A stretch of DNA of 64,000 nucleotides from Zancudomyces culisetae HAW-14-8 (taxonomy: Eukaryota > Fungi > Kickxellomycota): the NCBI GenBank assembly GCA_052426225.1, contig JBNJNM010000013.1:1736001-1800000 (forward strand), read 5' to 3'. Every line of letters starts with the position of its first letter. Position 1 is the first letter of the stretch. The notes under the pieces were generated by a model, which was not told the origin of the DNA, did no database searches, and saw nothing but the letters and a program-made list of their open reading frames with translations. Below, in pieces: positions 47,303-57,397 of this stretch. Position numbers and translations under genes: made by a program.

Positions 47303-47941
47303 AAATGTAATAAAATAAAAAAACAAAAAAAAAACATTGGTGCGTAATTTTTATTGGTAGAAAAATTATTGAATATGGTATTCTATTTGTAATTTTACAC
47401 AACAAAAACCACAACACCTTAGTTACATTACACATGTATATATTTTCTCATGTAGCGAGATATATTAATTTTGTAATACTCTTATTACCACACTAAAAAA
47501 ATAAAATAAAATAAAATAAAATAGACACTTTCAAGAATAAACATAACAAAAGCAAAGAAAGAAAAAAAAAAGGGACCTGCAAACTAAAGTGTTCTTTTTT
47601 TTTTTATATATACCTTTTATACTCGAATAACCTTTATTCCATTAACATTATACAGTCTTTAAACCCTCTCTCGCTCTCTCCCCTTGCTCCCCCTTCCTCT
47701 TTCACAACCACCTAACTCTACCTTCCTGAAACTTCAATAAAGGTCTTAGAAAGCAAAAGAAAATAAAAAGAAAATAGAATAAAAGTGGAAAAAGTATTAG
47801 AAAGGAGCGAGTAAAAGTCGATAAGCAAATACAGAAATATAAAAATAAAATAAAATAAACTCGATTTGGCCAACTTTGCGAAGAAGAAAAGAAGTATTTA
47901 GAGTTACATGAAATCACAAGTATAGAAATCAGGTCTACAAC

Positions 47942-50776
47942 ATGAGCAATTCTCAGGCCGAATATGTCGACATTCAAATCGATAAAAACACCAATTCAAC
48001 CGCAACCGCAACTGCAACTACAACTGCAAATAGTAATATAAATGAGGACACAAGTATCCATAGGAGTATCCGGAATTCAAAGTACAATTCTTCGCCACAA
48101 TTACAAACGGCTACAATTGCACTAGGTCGTCTAGAAATATCGACAGGTAGCCGGGGCAGTATAAATAACAATAGTGTAAATCAAAATCAAAATCAAAATC
48201 AAAATCAAAATCAAAATCAAAATCAAAATCAAAATCAAAATGTAAATGTAAATTATATAAACGACAAGGCTAGTAGCGAAACCAAATACAACGCCGGGCC
48301 AATTGGTGAAGAGGAACGGGCGCAAGGGCGTAAGAGTAGTCACAGCTTGGCAAGCTATTCCGATAACAATAGCGATAATGGTCGTAGCAGCAGTTATAAC
48401 AGCCGGGCATGGAGCAGAGAGAACGGACGGTCGCTGTCAATTTCATCGAGTCAGAACCCGCTGCTAACAAACCGAACAAAATCGTTTAACCAGCACATAA
48501 GGCCAGAAGAGGGGCCAAAAAGGGTAGTGGGACGAACATTGGCGACAATTTCAGAACTGAAAGGGGCAAAAGTAGTAGTTGCAGACGAGGGGGAAGGACA
48601 AGTGAGTAGTGGAAAGAATAGCGGCAGTAATAGTATTAACGATGGTGATAATGGGGAGAAAAAAGCACCGACACAGGCATCGATAGCGGTACAGCAACAA
48701 ATGCAGCGGGAAAGCAACATGTTAATAACCGCCAAGCGACAAGAAACAATACAGCAGACACATAGTATTTTGACGGATTCACAAAAGGTCGGGTATGTAG
48801 GGCTGATCTATCTGCTGTTGATGGAGCAACACGAACGGCTGGGAGTGACACACAAGGAGGCGATAGGAGCAACATCGAGTTATTTTCTATTCACAAAGCG
48901 GATTATGGACAAGGTGTACAGGCACATGAATATGGAAGATACAAACGAGCAAAAGATGATAGAGAATATGGCGCGGCACAAGATAAATGCGAGCAGTATG
49001 GTAGAGTTTTTGGTTAGCCAGGGCGAAAGTGTGGAGGTATTAACCAGCAACAGCAACAGCAACAGCGATAGTAAAGCGGCCGAAGCATTGGTGGTTGATA
49101 TCAGCAACGCAGTGGAAATAAATGGCGACAAAGAAAAACGAGTAGTAAGTGCGGAGACGGAGAAGCTAGAAATCGATATTCGGGCAACACTAGTGCTCGA
49201 TTTCTACCTACTGGCACTGAGCGATGATGTATACGATTCGCGGGCACGGTACTTGCTGCGCAAGTTGGGCGAGGCGCTGGGATACAGCTGGGAAAAGGTG
49301 GTTGAGATGGAGAGGCGGGTGACGCAGCAGCTGAGTCTGTTTGAATACACAAACGACACGACACCACCGCCGCTACAAACAGGTGCACCGCCTGGGCCCG
49401 GAAGCACAGACAAGTGCGGGGTGATTGCCAAGACCAAGGACGAGCCGCGCGCACTGGTCAAGAAGGCGGCAGTGCTGGGGCTGGCGACGGTAGGTGGCGG
49501 GCTGGTGATTGGGCTGAGCGCAGGGCTGCTGGCACCGGCAATTGGCGCGGGCATTGGAGCAACGCTGGGCGCGCTGGGCGTGGCCAATGCAGGAGCGTTT
49601 TTCGGCAGTGTTGGCGGGTCGGTGTTGATTACCACCAGCGGAGTAGTGACGGGTGGCGGGCTGGCAGGCGTTAAAATGGCGCGGCGGATCCGCAACATCG
49701 GCGACCTGCAGCTGGTGCCACACGTCAACCGCCGCGCAACCAACGTGCTGTTCACGGTGCCTGGCTGGATTGCGACGGACGGTGCGGGCCAGCAGCTGCC
49801 GTTCCGGCTGTTGGATCCAGCCAACGGCGATGTGTTCAGTGTTGTGTGGGACCGCCTGGCGCTGGAACAGCTCAGCGACTCGCTGCGGCTGGTTGCGGCC
49901 GAGCTGGCCAGCACCACCGTTATGCAGACGCTGCAGCTGACGGTTCTGTCCAACCTGCTGGGCCCGCTCTCCATTCCCATGTGGCTGACCAAGCTGGGCT
50001 ACATCCTCGACAATCCCTGGTCCACCGGCTGCGATCTGGCTCGTCGCGGCGCCCGCTCGTTGGCCGAAGCTCTGCTGTTTGACCGCACCCAGGGCTGCCG
50101 GCCTGTCTCGCTACTGGGCTTTTCGGTCGGCTGCCGTCTGATTTTCTACGCTCTTGTCGAGCTGGCCGCCATGGGTGCTTACGGCATTGTAGAGGACGTC
50201 GTTTTTATGGGCGCTCCTATCGACGAGCCTCCTGCCGTTTGGCGTTCCGCTGCGTCGGTGGTCGCTGGCCGCTTCATCAACGCCTACAGCAATCGCGACT
50301 GGCTGCTCAAGCTGATGCATTACCGCCCGCTTTTCCCGCAAGCTACCAACCCGTCATCGGTTGTTGCCGGGTTGGCTCCCATCAACAACATTGCCGGGCT
50401 TACCAATGCCGATGTCAGCGATATCATTTCGGGCCATGGGCTGTATGCTGCCCGCGTACCCACTCTGCTTGCCCGTCTTGGATTTCCTATTGATCCATCG
50501 TTGTGTTCTTCGGAAGAAGAGTATTTTTATTACTTTGGCGATGATGATAGTAATGACAACAGTGATACTACTAATACCTCTCCAAAAGCAACAGGAGAAG
50601 CAGTAGCAGCAGCAGCAACTTCAACAACAACAACAACAACGACAACGACAACGACAGCATCTCCACACCCTGTAGACGATAATATTCTGAATGACATTTT
50701 GGACGGAAAAACACCTTCAAAACCCTCTACCGCCACCAATAACGGTTTTTTTTTATCTAGAATCTTTTCTAAATAA
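47942..50776 (+). CDS. TMCO4/DUF726 family alpha/beta-hydrolase-like protein (yeast Mil1-like)
   Basis: YDSRAR, GLATVGGGLVIGLSAGLLAPAIGAG, LDNPW, GCRPVSLLGFSVG (GxSxG), VVAGRFINAYSNRDWLL, ISGH. Confidence 0.9.
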   Translation: MSNSQAEYVDIQIDKNTNSTATATATTTANSNINEDTSIHRSIRNSKYNSSPQLQTATIALGRLEISTGSRGSINNNSVNQNQNQNQNQNQNQNQNQNQNVNVNYINDKASSETKYNAGPIGEEERAQGRKSSHSLASYSDNNSDNGRSSSYNSRAWSRENGRSLSISSSQNPLLTNRTKSFNQHIRPEEGPKRVVGRTLATISELKGAKVVVADEGEGQVSSGKNSGSNSINDGDNGEKKAPTQASIAVQQQMQRESNMLITAKRQETIQQTHSILTDSQKVGYVGLIYLLLMEQHERLGVTHKEAIGATSSYFLFTKRIMDKVYRHMNMEDTNEQKMIENMARHKINASSMVEFLVSQGESVEVLTSNSNSNSDSKAAEALVVDISNAVEINGDKEKRVVSAETEKLEIDIRATLVLDFYLLALSDDVYDSRARYLLRKLGEALGYSWEKVVEMERRVTQQLSLFEYTNDTTPPPLQTGAPPGPGSTDKCGVIAKTKDEPRALVKKAAVLGLATVGGGLVIGLSAGLLAPAIGAGIGATLGALGVANAGAFFGSVGGSVLITTSGVVTGGGLAGVKMARRIRNIGDLQLVPHVNRRATNVLFTVPGWIATDGAGQQLPFRLLDPANGDVFSVVWDRLALEQLSDSLRLVAAELASTTVMQTLQLTVLSNLLGPLSIPMWLTKLGYILDNPWSTGCDLARRGARSLAEALLFDRTQGCRPVSLLGFSVGCRLIFYALVELAAMGAYGIVEDVVFMGAPIDEPPAVWRSAASVVAGRFINAYSNRDWLLKLMHYRPLFPQATNPSSVVAGLAPINNIAGLTNADVSDIISGHGLYAARVPTLLARLGFPIDPSLCSSEEEYFYYFGDDDSNDNSDTTNTSPKATGEAVAAAATSTTTTTTTTTTTASPHPVDDNILNDILDGKTPSKPSTATNNGFFLSRIFSK
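48178..48240 (+). repeat. (AATCAA)n coding microsatellite encoding an NQ repeat
   Basis: About 10 tandem AATCAA units in frame. Confidence 0.92.
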
Positions 50777-50907
50777 CCCTAACTTAATACAAACTTTTCA
50801 TTCCTTTTCTTTTTCTTTTTCTTTTACATCCTCTTTCCAAATTGGAAAACTATATATAAAAAAGAAAAGAATAACTATAAAAGGGAAAAGAAAAGGGAAT
50901 GATTTAG

Positions 50908-53323
50908 TTAAAATGTTGCTGTCTTGACTATCATCACATTTTCTAAATTCTTTCTTAGATTTGCTGTAATTCTTCGCACGACTTTCATTCCTTCTGCTCC
51001 TCCTATTCCTCTGACTTCTGCATATACTTGGTAGCTACCCCGTCTATACATCCCAACCACCATATTTCCTCCCTCCAATCCCATCCCTAGCATCACGGCT
51101 TGCGTCTTGCTACGTTTTTCTTTGATCTTTTTTATTATTTCCACTATTCTTCTACCCCCAACTCTCACCTCTTTTCCTTTATCCCCATCTCTGTCTTCAT
51201 ATTGCTGCTGTTCATATACATTCCTTACTTCTATATGTTGCATGTACTTTTTGTCCTTATACACATACCACAATACATCATGCTCATTCCTTATCTTATC
51301 CACAATACTATCCCTCCCCTCTTCCTTTTTCCTCCTGCTTTTTTTCTTTTTTTCCTCTTCCATTTTTCTCATTTCCTTCTCTATCGCCTTTTTGTATTCA
51401 TTCAGCTCATAAAATGCCTCTCTATTATTACTCACCAACACTATACTCAATTCTCCTCCTTCCACTTCCACATTCGCCTCTGCTCCTGCTCCTGTTCCTG
51501 CTTCTGCTTCTGCTCCTGTCCCTGCTCCTGCTCCTGCTCCTGCTCCTACTCCTCCTTCGTCTTCTCCTTCTTCCTTTTGTTCATTTTTACCCACTTCAAG
51601 GTCGCTACTATATACATGTAAAAACCCTTTACTATTAAACTTTGGAAAACATATTGGTGTCCATTTAGCCTCCTCTCCCCTCCTTTTCCTACTCTTATTC
51701 TTATTCTTATTCTTATTCCTGTCTCTATTCCTATCTCTATTCCTATTACTCTCGTCCTCACTTCTATTCATACCCATATTCGTATTCACACCAACATCGT
51801 CCTCAACGTCTCCTCTTGTCTCGCTCTGGTTCGAATTCATTATCGTATTCATCAATATCTGTATATCTCGAACATACATCTTGATCTTTTTTGGCTTGAT
51901 CATTGCCACTATTCGGCTGTTTTCTTTTATCCATCTCTCTCCCTCCCCACTAGTATCATTACCAGATTTACAATACACATATCGTTCCTTCCTGACTATA
52001 TACCCAAATACCAACCCATTTGGCCGATTCCTAACCATTATCTCGTTTATCTGATCTCGCCTCATATACTCCATCCCCTCCACCTCCAACGTTCCCAGCA
52101 CATATCCCGCCTCGTCCTGCATCCGATCCACCAATCTATCCATAATCTTCTCGGTCCCTCCCAACAACCGCCTCAAATCAAAATTACAATACCTCTCAAA
52201 GATCCCTAACAACTGTGACTTTGTCAGTATGCTGATTATACTCTCATATAAATACTCTAGCTCGCATACCATCTATTATTATTATTATTATCATTTATAT
52301 TACAGCTATTATTTACCATTTATTATTTATTATTATTAATCTATAACTTGCCTGTTCTTCGCTCTCTCCCTTTGATGAAACCATTACTAAATATATTGGT
52401 TCTATCAACAAAAATACCACCTTATGACTAAGTATATCTATCGACCTATTTCCATTCATCCATTCCATATCATTTCATTTCTTTATCCTATTTTCAATAT
52501 CCCTAAAAAAAATATTTATATACATAAACTCCCCCTTCTCACTCCAATTACCTTATCCGGTCACTAAAATCCCCAAATGTAGATATTATCGCTTGTATAG
52601 CTCCCATCAAACTTGATAGCTTGGCCTCATCTCCATACCTATTTTTCATTTTCCCGTTTCACCCCCACCACCACCAACACCACAACCACAAACCCTTGTT
52701 ATTTATTTTTTGTTTTTCTTTTTTACTCACAAATATATCTATGATTTCACCACCTCCCCTCCCCTCCTCTTTTTTTTTCTTCTTCTTCTTTTTTCTTTTT
52801 TCTTTTTTCTTTACCTGCTATATATTGGCTTCCCTGCACTACTCAAGACAAAATAGTGTTTTTCTTTACTTTTCCACTCTACACTATCCACATCTATTTA
52901 TTATTTTTTCACCTTTATCATTTACTATCAAAATCATAATACACCTATGTATTGACCTTTGTATTTATTTATTTATTATAAATACCGTATCCACTTGCCT
53001 ATATTCGAATCCTTTCGATACTCAACGTAATATTCTACTATATTAGTATTATTATATCCTCCACTAGCATTGCTGGCATTACTCTGGTTTTCGTTTCTTT
53101 GTAGCTGTGTCGTCATTATCTCTTCTTCCTCTTCCTCTTCCTCTTGTTCTTGTTCCTTTTCTCCCTCTTCTTCACTATTACCGGCACTACAACCAGTTTT
53201 ATCCTCATTTATCCCAGACGCTGTTTCGTCATTACTGTTTCTCCATTCGCCAATTTGTCCATTTTCTTCGCTTTCCTTAGAATCCTCATAGTTGCCACCA
53301 ACACAATCTTGTTTCTTCTTCAT
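50908..53323 (-). CDS. MON1: Vacuolar fusion protein Mon1 (SAND); exons 53323-52999, 52893-52815, 52638-52552, 52445-52352, 52272-50908
   Basis: KHYFVLSSAGKPIYSRYGDE, MGAIQAIIS, GESEEQ-MVCELEYLY, NFDLRRLLGGTE, WTPICFPKFNSKGFLHVY; two of four introns need GC donors. Confidence 0.9.
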
Positions 53324-53724
53324 TTCCTATTTCCTATTTCCTTTTTCTTTTTTTTCTCTATATCTTTGAACTCGTTATTATTACTTGACTTCCTTTACTA
53401 CCTGCTTTAATTTAATTATTTTCATTTTCTCTTTAAACTCAATTACTAATTTATACTTTAGCTTTTTATTTGCCAATTTACCAATTTACCAGAAAAATAG
53501 AAAATCAATCTCCAAAAAAAATAAAAACATATTAAAACCAACTTTAATAACACTAAGCTACCACTAACACTTTTATCTGTTTACCAAACTACAAGTGTAG
53601 CATGTATTATAGAACTTGTATACAACTTGAAAGTAAGAATACTGCAGTAATACCGGATTCTCTGTTGTCTATACCATCATCCTATCCCTTCTCACATTCC
53701 ATATTTTTTCTTTACACATTTCTA

Positions 53725-53758
53725 CCTCCTCCTCCTCCTCCTCCTCCTCCTCCTCCTC
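53725..53758 (+). repeat. (CCT)n microsatellite just downstream of the AT-1 stop
   Basis: About 11 tandem CCT units. Confidence 0.9.
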
Positions 53759-53799
53759 TCCCTTCCTTTCCTTCCTGGCTGGCTGCTTATATTTTTGTT

Positions 53800-55691
53800 T
53801 TATTTTTGTTTTTGACTGATAAAGCTACTGTTGCTGCCAATCCGCCATGCTCCAAGTGGCAGACCTATAGTATCAAATTTTTTAGTAGATTCATACATTT
53901 ATATCTTCTTGTAGAATACACATTTGTTGTTAAACGATATCAATTAAACAGGCGTTCTCCGTTAACTTACATTCTAGTCTACAAACCATCGGCTTTATCA
54001 TTTGGTAATATGTCACCAATCCAATCCCCATACAGAATAGTGACGTGATATAATACCCATCTACCGTAAACACATTCATATTTCCTCTCGCACTGCTATC
54101 TCCCCATACCCACTTCCCCGTACCAGATTCCGAGTATAAATATGAAAAGGTAAACAAATCAACTGCTTTTAATACAAAGTATCCGGGCCACGTTCCTCCA
54201 AAATTACTTAACGTGTTCAAAAATGTCATGTATGTCCCCCCAATTACCGGATCAGATATCAAGGTAATAAATGAACTCAGTGCCACAAACTGTACAGTAC
54301 TATTTTAGAATTACAAAAGTGCATTTTTTCCCATTTTTTAGTTCAAATATATCTACAAAATTTACCTCAAAAACATATATTTACCCTGGTATTTCCCTTC
54401 TCCTCTTTCTCCTCCTTTTTTTAAGGGATGGGGGAAGAGAGGCAGGAAGGGAAAGGGGGGGGGGGGGGGGGGTTCTTACCTTGCCATAGATCCAATAATT
54501 TGTGTTATTAGTACAAATCCAAAATACCCTTTGCTCATTGCTTGGTCGCCTTGTGGAAATAAATACACTGTAATCATAGATAATATACATATTGCTATCC
54601 GTACAATAAATGCCATTCGCCATGGTCTCATAGGCTTTTTACCACTACTCCATTTAGCCGCATAGTATCCGAATACTATTTGTATCGGAAAATCTATTAA
54701 CACCGCCAGACTCATATCCTCCTTCCTGTATCCCTTTTCCAACAACTTGAGCTGTGTAACCAAATCGTTGGGTATAAATCCTATCTTTGATATCAACAAT
54801 ACTAGTATAAACTCTTTCATTTGCGGAAGCATCGATATTTGGTATAGAGTCCTGTACGCCGCTATAATTCCCGTATCGTTTATTTCCGTCTTCTCGTTTT
54901 CTTTGTCTAGTCCTTCTTTGTTTTCGTTTTCAAACTGTGTCTCCGTTTCTTTTACACTTATAATTAGGAATAGCGTCACTATCCCGTATATTATCGCCCA
55001 GATTCTCATATACATCCCTAAACTCACCACACCATGTTCTTGGGGCTCACTTCTCAAATATCTATTCGAAAACTCCGGACCATTAAGTGCCAAAAGAACC
55101 GTAAACGACATGAAATACCCTATATTTAACCCTATCGTTTGACATGTCGACGCATAATGCAAATTCTTTTCAGATAGCAACGTAAGCGCCCACCCATCAA
55201 CTGCAATATCTTGTGTTGCGCTCAGTAATACAATGAAAAAGAATCCAAGTGAAATTTGGATGATGTTTTCCGCTGGGTTTATCATAACTTCCTCTATTGT
55301 CCCCCCAATCCTCCATAATAACAGCCCGGTAAGCATCTGTACTGGTACTATCCAGGACTTACGCCTTCCAAATGATTTATTGAATACTGAATCTACTATT
55401 GGCGACCAAAACAGTTTTAGTGAATATGGATACCCTGCTAGCGAAAACAAACTGAGTTTTGAATAACTCATTTTCTCTTTCAGCATAAATGGTACACTCC
55501 CGCTAGACAGTCCTAGTGGAACCCCTTGTAGCATATCTATTTTGTTTTATTTTTGTTAACTATGAGAAAAAACAATAGTAATGATTGATGGAAAGCCCCT
55601 TTCCTGCCCAAATACTCGGTATCTTTTCAAGCTATATCATTTGCATATGTATATATTTTTCTTGCTTACATAAAACAATCAGCAGTGCCAT
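53800..55691 (-). CDS. SLC33A1: ER acetyl-CoA transporter AT-1 (MFS); exons 55691-55670 (5' end uncertain), 55536-54480, 54299-53971, 53864-53800
   Basis: LIVLYMLQGVPLGL, YPYSLKLFWSPIVDS, GRRKSWIVP, ATQDIAVDGWAL, ISDPVIGGTYMTFLNT, DGYY, terminal LPLGAWR exon. An in-frame TAG at ~55806 limits upstream extension unless another exon exists. Confidence 0.9.
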
Positions 55692-57397
55692 CTTTCTGTA
55701 TTCCTGTGTATTGTTGTTACATTTTTCCTTATTATCTTGAGCTTTGGGATGGTACTCGGCTACTAACCGACTTTCTACATGATTCTCAGTGGGCTGTGTG
55801 TGTACTACTTCATCACTCCGTATTCGCTTATATTTGTTTACTCTTTTTAGTATGCTCCTTTTCGTCTGCTTTTCGTCACATTCTATCGAAACCTCCTATA
55901 TCAAATATCGATTTATCATATAATTTCTTCTTTTTTCTCTTTAAACATATTTTACCTCTTTCTTACGTATTCACTTTTGCTTTAATTGCAAAATGCTTAC
56001 AATTAAAGATATATTCACAAAAAAAGTAGCAGGAATAGTATTGGTATTATCAACGAGTACTACTTACTCTACTCCTAGGCTCTGAAGTCATCATTGTGTT
56101 TATTTCTCTCGTACTGGTATTTCTGTATATGTAGAGGTATATGTAGGGGTGTAAATTTGGCAAAGCACAAAGAAAACGTGTCAGTCCCTAATATTCAGAT
56201 GTATCCTGGTTCGATGAACTAATATTACGCACTGTCCGACTCTATTCCTGCCGGATCCAACTATTATGAGAGCGTTTACAATACTATACAACCTACACAG
56301 AATATGAACTTGTCCACCGTGATATGTGGTATAATGGTATGCTAACACGGGAAAGACCTTCAAAGTAGCTCTGAAGATGTAACGTTTAATAATGTTTTTT
56401 AGTATAGTTTATTTATTATTTTTAGGTGCCTTGAAGGAAATCCTTTTAGATATACCATTAATTAGAAATTTTAGTAAACTTGCCTGTATTTGTAGTTTCT
56501 TTTTCTTCCACGTGTAATTATTTATTCCTTGTAATTGCCACACCAAAATTATTTTTTTTTAGCTACCTGAACAAGAAACTGAACAAAAAATAAAATGAAC
56601 ATGAACAAAGACTAAATATAAATGCAAAATGCAATAAAAAAATAAGTAAAATGCAGGGTTGCGTAATTAATTAGTAATACCATCTATATACTCTTTTATA
56701 GTTTGGCTTCACAAAGCAGCGATCAAGAACTATAAAAAAATTCAACTCTCAGTGGTCCACTCAATTTTGCATTTTGCAAGGTGGTTCCGGTGATATTAAC
56801 AATGCCTTGTCATTACTGGAAAACGACCCTTTCAATTTTTATTTCCCCTCCCACTCGCCATACTTTTTTTTTTTTTTGCAAAGATTCAAGTTATGCTGTT
56901 GTTTTATTCACAATGGGATCAGACCAAGTAATTTCCACCTCAGCCTCCCTCGCACCTTCCCCGCCTTTATCATAAAGGCTGGGGGTTGAATAGCATCCAT
57001 TCATTCACCCAAATTATTTGAAATACACAAATCATTTTACTTTATTTCTTGTTGTAGCAACAAGCCAACCCATTTAGCATCTTTTTTTCAACTGCTAAAT
57101 AAAACTACCTTGTGTAGTATAAATTTCGTCTAATATAGGAACCTATTGGTAAATATGATGTTAAAAAAAAATTATCCTCTACTGCCAATAGAGAAACTGC
57201 CAGAGTTTGTGTACTGCTAATATCGTTACAGTTTTATGTTCATACATCTCTTTACCTTTACCTTTACCTTTTCCTTTATTTTTCCCGCTTTGGTGAGCTC
57301 GGTTACCTTAGAGCTTAAATATACTAGGTCATAAACTAAACCAATAGGGATAATACTATAATACACTTTGATACAGTAAGGATAGCCATGACCCATT

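Noticed and set aside
49200-50480. GC-rich island with many overlapping ORFs suggesting foreign DNA or antisense genes
   Set aside because: It lies in frame within the conserved DUF726 domain; the extra ORFs reflect stop-codon scarcity in GC-rich DNA.
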